A DNA stretch of 64,000 nt from Macrostomum lignano. Lineage: Eukaryota. The position numbers and the translations under genes were made by a program. Below the pieces are notes generated by a model that did no database searches, was not told where the DNA came from, and was given only the letters and a program-made list of their open reading frames with translations. Of this stretch, positions 1 to 13,700 are shown one piece after another. Position 1 is the stretch's first letter. Each line of letters begins with the position of its first letter. The stretch spans positions 62,001 through 126,000 of the forward strand of contig NIVC01002483.1 of assembly GCA_002269645.1 (NCBI GenBank), in the 5' to 3' direction.

Positions 1-3000
1 CACCGATCCCGGTACTGCAGCTCATCGGGGTCCAGCTCCTCTTCCTCGGTCGGTTGATTCGCCGACGTCGCCATCAGCAGTGATTTCAGTTTCGACGAAC
101 TCGGCGGAGGCGGCGGCAGCTGCGAGGACGCGCCGACCCCGCCAAGCCCTGAGGCGGCCGCCGCCGGGTCCAAAGCGGCAGCCGCTGCCCGAGCCTCTCG
201 CAGCTGCTGGCGCCGAAAGCGCCGATTGATGTAGTCGAACACGGTGCCCGGGCCCCACTGGTCGATCAGGGGGCCGAGGCGAGGCAGCTGGAGGTGACCC
301 CGGCGAGGTTTAGCCTGCTGCAGCAGTTGCTGCTGCTGAGTCAGCTGAGGCTGCTGCTGCTGCGACTGCGCCTTCCTGTCCATCTTCCGCACCTGTTCGT
401 ACAGCAGCCCTATTGCGTACCCGAGCAGCGGCGCTTCGCTTGTGTGCAGCAGCAAAGTGCGCAGGCTGAGACGGCATAGCAGGTCCTCCTTGATTGAACT
501 GGAGAGCAAGGCGAGGTTTTGATTGGCTTTCTCACGCCATCATTGAAAATCTTCAATAAGTAACACTGACTGGAGCCCTTTGCAAACTAACCGTGCTTTT
601 ACCTGCCCTGAAGACTGCTGCCAGAGCCGCCCAAATCACCAGGCGGGTCCTCAAAGCAACAATGCCGTCACCTTAGCACCCTAACACTACTATTACCTTA
701 GCAACGCCACTATTCCCTTAGCAACACTACTTACTTTAGCAACACCATTATCCCCTTAGCAACACTACTATTACTTTAGCAACACAACTATTCTCTTAGC
801 AACACCACTATTACCTTAGCAACACAACTAATACCTTAGCAACACCATTATTACCGTAGCGACACCACTATTTCCTTTAGCAACACCACTATTCTCTTAG
901 CAATGGCACTATTGCCTTAGCAACACAACTAATACCTTAGCAACACCATTATTACCGTAGCGACACCACTATTTCCTTTAGCAACACCACTATTCTCTTA
1001 GCAATGGCACTATTGCCTTAGCAACAGTACTATTCCTTTACTCAAGAATTTTATAGGTACAAAATACTCACTTCAAAGTGTTCGGATGCCGCCTCTCTAC
1101 CAGCCTAGTCCATTCTCTCAAGTTCAGCCTGTACATATTGGTCTCCATGGTAGCCACGCCGTGGCACAGGTAAGTCTTCATGCCGAGTACCACTTCCAGG
1201 CCGCCGATAACTTCATTTTTAGAGACGCAGCACCAGTCGCGACACCTGCCTGCGCCTTTCAGTCGTTCGTTGAGCGGGTGTCTTTCAATGCCGAATATCT
1301 GTTCGATTAATTGGGGCCCCAGGAACCGGCTGTACTGCTCCCGGTGCAGACCGGGCACCAGGCTCTGCTTCACCTCACCGCTGCGGGGCATGAATATCAC
1401 AGATATCCGGCCTTACAAGTCTACCGTCTCTCCTGTCTGTCTCCTGTCTGTCTCCTGTCTGTCTCCTGTCTGTCTCTTGTCTGTCTCCTGTCTGTCTTCT
1501 GTCTGTCTCCTGTCTGTCTCCTGTCTGTCTCCTGTCTGTCTCTTGTCTGTCTCCTGTCTGTCTTCTGTCTGTCTCCTGTCTGTCTCCTGTCTGTCTCTTG
1601 TCTGTCTCCTGTCTGTCTCCTGTCTGTCTCTTGTCTGTCTCCTGTCTGTCTTCTGTCTGTCTCCTGTCTGTCTCCTGTCTGTCTCTTGTCTGTCTCCTGT
1701 CTGTCTCCTGTCTGTCTGTCTCCTGTCTGTCTCCTGTCTGTCTCCTGTCTGTCTCCTGTCTGTCTGTCTCCTGCCTGTCTCCTGTCTGTGTCCTGTCTGT
1801 CTCCTGTCTGTCTCTATCCTGTATGTCTCCTGCCTGTCTCTATCCTGTCTGTCTCCTGCCTGTCTCTATCCTGTCTGTCTCTTGCCTGTCTCATGTCTGT
1901 CTCCTGTCTGTCTCCTGTCTGTCTCCTGTCTGTCTCCTGTCTGTCTCCTATCTGCCTCCTGTCTGCCTCCTGTCTGTCTCCTGCCTGTCTCTACCCTGTC
2001 TGTCTCCTGCCTGTCTCTACCCTGTCTGTCTCCTGCCTGTCTCTACCCTGTCTGTCTCCTGCCTGTCTCTACCCTGTCTGTCTCCTGCCTGTCTCTACCC
2101 TGTCTGTCTCCTGCCTGTCTATTGTCTCTCTTCTGTCTCTCTCCTGTCTGTCTCCTGTCTGTCTCCTGTCTGTCTCCTGTCTGGCTCCTGTCTGGCTCCT
2201 GTCTCTCCTCAGTGAATTCTAGACACCAAGGCAGCTCAAGCATTACCTGGTGATGAAGTACACGCAGTCGATCTCGTCGCCCTGTCTCATCACCTGCTCG
2301 CTGTACTTGAACCTGGTCTTGCTCAGGCCCCGCAGCAGCTGCTGCCGGAACTTCACCGGCCAGGTGGAGAAGTGAGAAAACTGTTCGATGAAGTTGGCCT
2401 TACCAGCCTCCTCCCGGCGCATGTAGTCCTGCAGAGTGCGGTCAAATAGCGACTTGTCGATGACCAACACCTGGCAGATGTCTGAGTCAGGGTTCACTAT
2501 TACGCTGGCCGTGCGGAGGACTCCGCTCACGAGAGCCACTTCGCCGAACGCGTGACCGGCTGCAATTGAAGTTTGAAATTTCATCCCGGCATTATGATTC
2601 TAAATTCTCAAATCATTCGAACGCATCTTACCTCCGATCTTTCATTTATCACTTATTTCCTTATCTTCAAGCCTTTTGTGCCCCACCTCTCTCCCTACCC
2701 CCTATCCCCTATCCCTATCTCCTCACAAGATTCCTTACCCTGTGCCTCTCTCTGATTGGCTGCCACCAGTTCCATCTCTCTCCCTTGACGCCTGGCCCCT
2801 CACAAGATTCCTTACCCTGTGCCTCTCTCTCTGATTGGCTGCTACCAGTTCCACCTCTCTCCCTTGACGCTTATCTCCTCACAAGATTCCTTACCCTGTG
2901 CCTCTCTCTCTGATTGGCTGCCACCAGTTCCATCTCTCTCCCTTGACGCTTATCTCCTCACAAGATTCCTTACCCTGTGCCTCTCTCTCTGATTGGCTGC

Positions 3001-4977
3001 CACCAGCTCCATCTCTCTCCCTTGACGCTTATCTCCTCACAAGATTCCTTACCCTGTGCCTCTCTCTCTGATTGGCTGCCACCAGTTCCATCTCTCTCCC
3101 TTGACGCTTATCTCCTCACAAGATTCCTTACCCTGTGCCTCTCTCTCTGACTGGCTGCCACCAGTTCCACCTCTCTTCTTTGACCCTCCCAGTCAACAAT
3201 TTTCATTATCTCCCAATTCTCTCTCTACCCCTTTCTCTCTCCGGTTAACACCGTTTCCCTACCTCTCCAGTGTCCCTAGCCTCTGGAACTTTCACTCCCC
3301 CGTCGTAGTCCCCTTCTTTGATACCCGACTCTTCCCCAGACTCACCCTTGAAAGTGCCAACAGACACGCCCAACAGTGCTTCAATTTCTGCCGGCTTTTT
3401 CTTAACTAAAACATCGCCCTCCTCAAAAGGATCTTCTGTTGCCTCGGTGTCGTCTTCCTCCGTGGTGTCGGCGCTGGAGATGCGGATATCGCACATGCCA
3501 GTGAGGATGATGTACATTGCGAAGCCGACGTTGCCTTGCTTGATCAGAATCTGATTGGGCTTGTAGGCCTCCACTTTGCTGCTCTTCACAATTTCGTGAA
3601 GCACCTCTGCGGAGATTTTGCGTAACAGCCTTTTTATTTGTGTGCTAGAATTTTTCTCCCATAATTCCTTCTGCAATCACTTCGGTCATCCCCTCTGCCA
3701 TTGTAGAGTATCATTAAGTCACAAAATGCTACTACATGAGTAGAGTAACGCAAACATTTGCAGTAGTATTAAAACTATGAACCGTTACCAATTATAACAA
3801 GCTGAATCATGTTAATATTCACAACGCAAAAAGACGAATCAGGATTGACCCCGCTACCCCATCAAAATGACCTTGAGAATCCAAAAACCTTAGACTCGGA
3901 GCGGTCCAAAGAGACTCAGAGCAGCCGCAAGAAACTTCAAACCCGATGAGCTAGTTCGTAAATGGGACTATGTCCCCGAGAGGAAGGTCATTCGGTCATT
4001 TGTCATTCGGTGAGACGTCTTTTTTATTTGATTGTCGAGACCAGAGTTATTGGCGGCCGTTGTTTGATCAATTGATTTATGCCATTGAATGAAAGGCTTT
4101 CCTATTCCTAAGGGATTGGATAGGATCCTGTGGACCGATTCCGATACTCTTAGATGATTTTTTGATTTTGATTGAAGATTGATTTCGTTAAAGTTGACGC
4201 CGACGAATTGAACTGTTTTGTAAACTAAAGTTGCTCTCGTATACGGCTGACTTCAGAATCGACGAGAAGAACCCCCCCGCGCGCTGAGAACCCGCTCTAG
4301 AAGAAGAGGAGTCAAGGAGAGTAAGTGATCACTGAATTTTGTTCACAGACTTGCGGCGGTCTGGAAGTGGGAGTTCGCGCGTTTAGACACTAGGCGTAAT
4401 TCTCTCTCTCTCTCTCTCTCTCTCTCCCTCCTTCCCTCTCTCTCTAGTGTGCTAAAGCGAACTCTTCACCATCCCCTCCACCACCCCCTCTACTATCCCC
4501 TCTACTATCCCCTTTATCATACCCTCTACCATCTCCTCTACCACCCCCTCTACTATCCCCTCTACTATCCCCTTTATCATACCCTCTACCATCCCCTCTA
4601 CCACCCCCTCTACTATCCCCTATACCATCCCCTTTATCATACCCTCTACCATCCCCTCTGCCATCCCCTCTGCCATCCCCTCTGCCATCCCCTCTGCCAT
4701 CTTCTCAGGCATTCTATCTACCACTCTATCTACCATTCTACCCCCCCTTCGACAATTATTGGCCATACATTCCCCGAGCACATCAGCTCACTCAACAGCT
4801 CCACGCACCATCCTGAATCTCGCCAAGCACGGTGACTTTCCCCTGCCGAGCGTCGCGATTTGACAGCTCCCTGAGCCACTTCATCAGCGCCGCGATCTCC
4901 TCTTCAAGACGCTCGTCCTCGGACTTTTTGAGCACCGCCAGGGCGACCTCGTGCATCTCCTGACCGGCCAACTGCAT
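1..4977 (-). CDS. Cyclic nucleotide-binding domain protein (two cNMP-binding domains, CNBD2-like); spliced, 3' end beyond window
   Basis: Exons 4977-4837 (donor uncertain), 3670-3346, 2559-2247, 1380-1072, 498-<1. The last three junctions are GT-AG and phase-consistent (TFK|AGHAFGE, FIT|SGEV, TL|NSIKE). Domain 1 has [17 protein letters not shown]...[16 protein letters not shown]; domain 2 has [19 protein letters not shown]. True start and possible upstream exons (5221-5470) unresolved. Confidence 0.85.
677..1040. repeat. Degenerate ~20-bp intronic minisatellite (CCTTAGCAACACCACTATTA)
   Basis: About 18 units; one ~100-bp block is duplicated (about 820-920 and 921-1020). Confidence 0.9.
1423..2207. 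repeat. 11-bp based CT-rich array (CTCCTGTCTGT)
   Basis: Fills CNBD intron 1381-2246; source of the VSCLS-type ORFs. Confidence 0.95.
2711..3185. repeat. 79-bp tandem repeat, ~6 copies
   Basis: CCTCACAAGATTCC recurs at 2721, 2798, 2877, 2956, 3035, 3114. Confidence 0.95.
4472..4740. repeat. 12-bp minisatellite (CCATCCCCTCTA), preceded by (CT)n at ~4400-4445
   Basis: Direct inspection. Confidence 0.9.
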
Positions 4978-5480
4978 TCTGACAACTTCGAGGATTTCTT
5001 AGAAACAGTTTTCAAAATTAAACTATTGCTCTCTGCTTGATGATGGACTGAACGCAGCGAACCTTACAATTAACTGGGCTGGCAACCCTGCCCCAGCATT
5101 ATATATACACATTTAAAGTATATTTTAGCCTTTTCATTTCCAAAACCTGCCACTTCTTTCTTTTCATCTTTTCGTCTCCACAGAAGGGGGTGGGCGATGG
5201 CGACCGCGCGGGCCGCTTACCCACTGTGCGGCCGCGCTCTGTGACCGGCTCTATACACTCTGCTTGGGGCTCTCAATCAGTGACAGTTGGCAAGCTCTGA
5301 TCTGCTCTGCTGCATGCCTGAGTTGCTTCTCTTCTTCTCTTCTCCAAGCTCTACTATTTCATTTTGCATGCTCTCTTCTTCTGCTTCTCTAAAAGAAGTT
5401 TGGTCTGGGGTAGCAACGCAGTTACAATTGGATGCAGTAACGGTTTTCCTCAGGAGTAATTCTGAGACGGCTGGGTAGGG

Positions 5481-5958
<478 letters not shown>

Positions 5959-6376
5959 TGAATTTAAGCATACTACGGAGCCATGCAAACGGGCTTGTAC
6001 AGCAATAAAATCCTAAATTAAGTTTTCGTCAACTCAATGAATGCGGCTTAATTTATGGCATTGCGGATATTAAAAATCTCATGATAGACACTAATAATGG
6101 TTTGATATTGAATTCAAAATCGAGGGCTTCAACGCAGGTTGACGTGGCTTGATTATCAAATTTCTCAACCGACCAGAGACCTAAAAAAATTTAAGCTATT
6201 CAATCAAAACTAGACATTTGCAATAGTTTCTATTATCTTGTGGCCGTTATAAGTAGTATGAGAAAGGTTTTAATTTTAATTTTTCAATTTATTGTTCAAA
6301 GTACGCTCGTACAATGTTATATCGCAATCGAATTCAGACCACAAAAGAAGCCTAAGCAGATGTCAGAGGCACCGCA

Positions 6377-7715
6377 AATTCGACATCAAAGACACCGCAA
6401 ATCGAACATCAAAGACACAGCAAATCGAACATCAAAGACACCGCAAATCGAACATCAAACACACCGCACACTGAACATCAAAGACACACCGCACACTGAA
6501 CATCAAAGACACAGCAATTCGAACATCAAAGACACACGGCACACTGAACATCAAACACACCGAACACTGAACATCAAAGAAACCGCACACTGAACATCAA
6601 AGACACCGCACACTGAACATCAAAGACACCGCTCGCTGAACATCAAAGACACCGCAAATCGAACATCAAAGACACCGCAAATCGAACATCAAACACACCG
6701 CACACTGAACATCAAAGACACCGCCCACTGAACATAAAAGACACACCGCACACTGAACATCAAAGACAAAAGACACCGCACACTGAACATCAAAGACACA
6801 CCGCACACTGAACATCAAAGACACACCGCACACTGAACATCAAAGACACACCGCACACTGAACATCAAAGACACCGCAAATCGAACATCAAAGACACCGC
6901 AAATCGAACATCAAAGACACCGCAAATCGAACATCAAAGACACCGCAAATCGAACATCAAAGACAAAAGACACCGCACACTGAACATCAAAGACACACCG
7001 CACACTGAACATCAAAGACACACCGCACACTGAACATCAAAGACAAAAGACACCGCACACTGAACATCAAAGACACCGCAAATCGAACATCAAAGACACC
7101 GCAAATCGAACATCAAAGACAAAAGACACCGCACACTGAACATCAAAGACACACCGCACACTGAACATCAAAGACAAAAGACACCGCAAATCGAACATCA
7201 AAGACACCGCAAATCGAACATCAAAGACACCGCAAATCGAACATCAAAGACAAAAGACACCGCACACTGAACATCAAAGACACACCGCACACTGAACATC
7301 AAAGACAAAAGACACCGCACACTGAACATCAAAGACACCGCCCACTGAACATAAAAGACACACCGCACACTGAACATCAAAGACACACCGCACACTGAAC
7401 ATCAAGGACACACCGCACACTGAACATCAAAGACAAAAGACACCGCACACTGAACATCAAAGACACCGCCCACTGAACATAAAAGACACACCGCACACTG
7501 AACATCAAAGACACACCGCACACTGAACATCAAAGACAAAAGACACCGCACACTGAACATCAAGGACACACCGCACACTGAACATCAAAGACAAAAGACA
7601 CCGCACACTGAACATCAAAGACACCGCAAATCGAACATCAAAGACACCGCACACAGAACATCAGACACTGACACTGAATATCAAAGACACCGAACACTTG
7701 AGCATCAAAGGCACC
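6377..7715. repeat. 23-30-bp minisatellite GAACATCAAAGAC(AC/AAAAGAC)ACCGC(AAATC/ACACT), ~52 units
   Basis: Intergenic array between the TSP1-Ig gene 3' end and the CNBD gene 5' end; modular unit variants. Confidence 0.95.
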
Positions 7716-7751
7716 GCGCATTAAACGTCAAAACATTTTTTAAAAACCCTG

Positions 7752-10700
7752 TCAGTTCTTCTTCTTTATCTCTCGATCGTGCTGCCTAGTCCAGCCCGTG
7801 AGAAGTTCTCGAACTCGCAATTTAAACAGGCTCATCTCCTCTATATCCATGCGCTGGAGCCAGATGCGCCGACGCCAAAGCAGCAGGGCGCGCACGCAGT
7901 CAATCACGCAGGTTGCCAGGGTTAAAAAGGCGGCGCCAAAAATGAGGCCAAAAACTGCGTTGAAATTTTTCTCAAAAAACTCAGCCATAAATTCTTTGAT
8001 TGTCGGATTCGGCTTCAGTTCCAGAGCGATTCGAGCCGCCATAAACACCTCGGACAGTTCGATGTCGGTGAGCACCAGCTTCCGCGGCTGACTATCCTTC
8101 ATCAGCTGGTAGGGATCTTTCTCCCCATCGCCCGGAGGCGGCGGGTCAGCAAAAGGATCAGTGGCGTTCGCGTCTTGCACGAACATCAGCTGGATGTAGC
8201 ATTCGTAAACGCCTTCCATGTGTGCAGCCATGGAGCTGATGTGGGCGACGCCAGCCTGATCAAGTTGCTGCCGAAGGCTGTTCGTCATCCACAGCTTTTC
8301 CTCCCGTTTGCCTCCGTGGTGCTCGCCTCTGTGGGTTGTTGGGTGGGCTGCGTGCGCTGCTAATGGGTGCGCGCCTTTGCCCTGTCCCACTCATCTCTGT
8401 CTTCCCGTCTCTTTCCCCTGTCTCCTGCCTGTCTGCCTCTCTCCTGTTTCTCTCCTCTCTCTCTGTCTCCCTGTCTCTCTCCTGTCTCTCTGCCTCACCT
8501 GTCTCGCTTCTCCTATCTCGATCCCCCGTCTCTCTGCCGCTATCTGTTCCCTGTCTCTCTGCCTCTATCTGTTCCCTGTCTCTCTGCCGCTATCTGTTCC
8601 CTGTCTCTCTGCCTCTATCTGTTCCCTGTCTCTCTGCCGCTATCTGTTCCCTGTCTCTCTGCCTCTATCTGTTCCCTGTCTCTCTGCCTCTATCGGTTCC
8701 CTGTCTCTCTGCCTCTATCTGTTCCCTGTCTCTCTGCCTCTATCTGTTCCCTGTCTCTCTGCCTCTATCTGTCCCCTGTCTCTCTGCCTCTATCTGTTCC
8801 CTGTCTCTCTGCCTCTATCTGTTCCCTGTCTCTCTGCCTCTATCTGTTCCCTGTCTCTTTGCCTCTATCTGTTCCCTGTCTCTCTGCCTCTATCTGTTCC
8901 CTGTCTCTCTGCCTCTATCTGTTCCCTGTCTCTCTGCCTCTATCTGTTCCCTGTCTCTCTGCCTCTATCTGTTCCCTGTCTCTCTGCCTCTCTCTTCCCT
9001 GTCTCTCTGCCTCTCTCTTCCCTGTCTCTCTGCCTCTCTCTTCCCTGTCTCTCTGTCTCTATCTCTTCCCTGTCTCTCCTGCCTCTATCTCCCCCTGTTT
9101 CTCCTGCCTCTATCTCCCCCTGTCTCTACTGCCTCTATCTCCCCCTGTCTCTACTGCCTCTATCTCCCCCTGTCTCTACTGCCTCTATCTCCCCCTGTCT
9201 CTACTGCCTCTATCACTCCCGCATCGAAACCTGCAAGAGTTCCTCACAGAGGCGACGGCAAGAAGGTCCAGTGTATGCGCCAGGCGCCCATCATAGTCGG
9301 GGTCACGTTGGTCAGCGCCCCCAGAGGGCATGTGAGGTTGAAGTGGCTGTCCTCGGGCAGGCGCACCACAGTGTCCAGCACTGGCACAGGAATGAAGCAG
9401 GCCGTATTTGGGTCTCTGTTGGGCGCCCGTTTCACCATCAGCTGGTAGAGCCCGGCGTCTGACGGCACCACGGAGAGCACGTGCAGCACCTCGAAGTCGA
9501 ACAGGATTCGCTCGGAGAAGTTTAGCGGCTGCAATGATTGATTTATTGGGATGCGGTGCTCGCGTGAGGTGGCTGATTGCATACAGAGTGCAGTTAGGGG
9601 ACAAGTCTTCTCCTACCAACCCTCAGCTACCAACCCTCAGCTACCAACCCTCAGCTACCAACCCTCAGCTACCAACCCTCAGCTACCAACCCTCAGCTAC
9701 CAACCCTCAGCTACCAACCCTCAGCTACCAACCCTCAGCTACCAACCCTCAGCTACCAACCCTCAGCTACCAACCCTCAGCTACCAACCCTCAGCTACCA
9801 ACCCTCAGCTACCAACCCTCAGCTACCAACCCTCAGCTACCAACCCTCAGCTACCAACCCTCAGCTACCAACCCTCAGCTACCAACCCTCAGCTACCAAC
9901 CCTCAGCTACCAACTCTCAGCTACCAACCCTCAGCTACCAACCCTCAGCAACCAACACTCAGCTACCAATCCTTAACTACCAACCCTCAGCTACCAACCC
10001 TTAGCTACCAACCCTTAGCTACCAACCCTCAGCTACCAACCCTCAGCAACCAACCCTCAGCTACCAATCCTTAGCTACCAACCCTCAGCTACCAACCCTT
10101 AGCTACCAACCCTCAGCTACCAACCCTCAGCTACCAACCCTCAGCTACCAACCCTCAGCTACCAACCCTCAGCTACCAACCCTCAGCTACCAACCCTCAG
10201 CTACCAACCCTCAGCTACCAACCCTCAGCTACCAACCCTCAGCTACCAACCCTCAGCTACCAACCCTCAGCTACCAACCCTCAGCTACCAACCCTCAGCT
10301 ACCAACCCTCAGCTACCAACTCTCAGCTACCAACCCTCAGCTACCAACCCTCAGCAACCAACACTCAGCTACCAATCCTTAACTACCAACCCTCAGCTAC
10401 CAACCCTTAGCTACCAACCTTTAGCTACCAACCCTCAGCTACCAACCCTCAGCTACCAACCCTCAGCTACCAACCCTCAGCTACCAATCCTTAACTACCA
10501 ACCCTCAGCTACCAATCCTTAACTACCAATCCTCAGCTACCAACCCTCAGCAACCAACCCTCAGCTACCAACCCTCAGCAACCAACCCTCAGCTACCAAT
10601 TCTCAGCTACCAATTCTCAGCTACCAACCCTCAGCTACCAACCCTTAGCTACCAACCCTCAGCTACCAATTCTCAGCTACCAACCCTCAGCTACCAACCC

Positions 10701-13700
10701 TCAGCTACCAACCCTCAGCTACCAACCCTCAGCTACCAACCCTCAGCTACCAACTCTCAGCTACCAACCCTCAGCAACCAACACTCAGCTACCAATCCTT
10801 AACTACCAACCCTCAGCTACCAACCCTTAGCTACCAACCCTTAGCTACCAACCCTCAGCTACCAACCCTCAGCAACCAACCCTCAGCTACCAATCCTTAG
10901 CTACCAACCCTCAGCTACCAACCCTTAGCTACCAACCCTCAGCTACCAACCCTCAGCTACCAACCCTCAGCTACCAACCCTCAGCTACCAACCCTCAGCT
11001 ACCAACCCTCAGCTACCAACCCTCAGCTACCAACCCTCAGCTACCAATTCTCAGCTACCAACCCTCAGCTATCAACCCTCAGCTACCAACCCTCAGCTAC
11101 CAACCCTCAGCTACCAACCCTCAGCTACCAACCCTTAGCTACCAACCCTCAGCTACCAACCCTCAGCTACCAACCCTCAGCTACCAACTCTCAGCTACCA
11201 ACCCTCAGCTACCAACCCTCAGCAACCAACACTCAGCTACCAATCCTTAACTACCAACCCTCAGCTACCAACCCTTAGCTACCAACCCTTAGCTACCAAC
11301 CCTCAGCTACCAACCCTCAGCAACCAACCCTCAGCTACCAATCCTTAGCTACCAACCCTCAGCTACCAACCCTTAGCTACCAACCCTCAGCAACCAACCC
11401 TCAGCTACCAACCCTCAGCAACCAACCCTCAGCTACCAATTCTCAGCTACAAACCCTCAGCTACCAACCCTCAGCTACCAACCCTTAGCTACCAACCCTC
11501 AGCTACCAATTCTCAGCTACCAATTCTCAGCTACCAACCCTCAGCTACCAACCCTCAGCTACCAACCCTCAGCTACCAACCCTCAGCTACCAACCCTTAG
11601 CTACCAACCCTCAGCTACCAACCCTTAACTACCAACCCTCAGCTACCAATTCTCAGCTACCAATTCTCAGCTACCAACCCTCAGCTACCAACCCTCAGCT
11701 ACCAACCCTTAGCTACCAACCTTTAGCTACCAACCCTCAGCTACCAATCCTTAACTACCAACCCTCAGCTACCAATCCTTAACTACCAATCCTCAGCTAC
11801 CAACCCTCAGCAACCAACCCTCAGCAACCAACCCTCAGCTACCAACCCTCAGCAACCAACCCTCAGCTACAAACCCTCAGCTACCAACCCTCAGCTACCA
11901 ACCCTTAGCTACCAACCCTCAGCTACCAACCCTCAGCTACCAACCCTCAGCTACCAACCCTCAGCTACCAATTCTCAGCTACCAATTCTCAGCTACCAAC
12001 CCTCAGCTACCAACCCTTAGCTACCAACCCTCAGCTACCAACCCTTAACTACCAACCCTCAGCTACCAATTCTCAGCTACCAATCCTTAACTACCAACCC
12101 TCAGCTACCAACCCTCAGCTACCAACCCTCAGCTACCAACCCTCAGCTACCAACCCTTAGCTACCAACCCTCAGCTACCAACTCTCAGCTACCAACCCTC
12201 AGCTACCAACCCTCAGCAACCAACACTCAGCTACCAACCCTCAGCTACCAACTCTCAGCTACCAATTCTCAGCTACCAACCCTCAGCTACCAACCCTCAG
12301 CTACCAACCCTCAGCTACCAACCCTCAGCTACCAACCCTCAGCTACCAACCCTCAGCTACCAACCCTCAGCTACCAACCCTTAGCTACCAACCCTCAGCT
12401 ACCAATTCTCAGCTACCAACCCTCAGCTACCAACACTCAGCTACCAACACTCAGCTACCAATCCTTAACTACCAACCCTCAGCTACCAACCCTTAGCTAC
12501 CAACCCTTAGCTACCAGCCCTCAGCTACCAACCCTCAGCAACCAACCCTCAGCTACCAATCCTTAGCTACCAACCCTCAGCTACCAACCCTTAGCTACCA
12601 ACCCTCAGCTACCAACCCTCAGCTACCAACCCTCAGCTACCAACCCTCAGCTACCAATCCTTAACTACCAACCCTCAGCTACCAATCCTTAACTACCAAT
12701 CCTCAGCTACCAACCCTCAGCTACCAACCCTCAGCAACCAACACTCAGCTACCAATCCTTAACTACCAACCCTCAGCTACCAACCCTTAGCTACCAACCT
12801 TTAGCTACCAACCCTCAGCTACCAACCCTCAGCAACCAACCCTCAGCTACCAATCCTTAGCTACCAACCCTCAGCTACCAACCCTTAGCTACCAACCCTC
12901 AGCTACCAACCCTCAGCTACCAACCCTCAGCTACCAACCCTCAGCTACCAATCCTTAACTACCAACCCTCAGCTACCAATCCTTAACTACCAATCCTCAG
13001 CTACCAACCCTCAGCAACCAACCCTCAGCTACCAACCCTCAGCAACCAACCCTCAGCTACCAATTCTCAGCTACAAACCCTCAGCTACCAACCCTCAGCT
13101 ACCAACCCTTAGCTACCAACCCTCAGCTACCAATTCTCAGCTACCAACCCTCAGCTACCAACCCTCAGCTACCAACCCTCAGCTACCAACTCTCAGCTAC
13201 CAACCCTCAGCAACCAACACTCAGCTACCAATCCTTAACTACCAACCCTCAGCTACCAACCCTTAGCTACCAACCCTTAGCTACCAACCCTCAGCTACCA
13301 ACCCTCAGCAACCAACCCTCAGCTACCAATCCTTAGCTACCAACCCTCAGCTACCAACCCTTAGCTACCAACCCTCAGCTACCAACCCTCAGCTACCAAC
13401 CCTCAGCTACCAACCCTCAGCTACCAACCCTCAGCTACCAACCCTCAGCTACCAACCCTCAGCTACCAATTCTCAGCTACCAACCCTCAGCTATCAACCC
13501 TCAGCTACCAACCCTCAGCTACCAACCCTCAGCTACCAACCCTCAGCTACCAACCCTTAGCTACCAACCCTCAGCTACCAACCCTCAGCTACCAACCCTC
13601 AGCTACCAACTCTCAGCTACCAACCCTCAGCTACCAACCCTCAGCAACCAACACTCAGCTACCAATCCTTAACTACCAACCCTCAGCTACCAACCCTTAG

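Noticed and set aside
4257-4400. Plus-strand exon-like segment with a 28-nt GTAAGT...CACAG pseudo-intron (4321-4348)
   Set aside because: Too short to trust, and no coherent plus-strand ORF links it to anything
5221-5470. Possible upstream CNBD exon (acceptor 5470, donor 5220)
   Set aside because: All three frames contain stops between the sites; may be 5' UTR, not called as CDS
6377-7715. CRISPR-like appearance of regular 23-40-bp repeats (also 26820, 39066, 49925)
   Set aside because: No unique spacers, no cas genes, eukaryotic context
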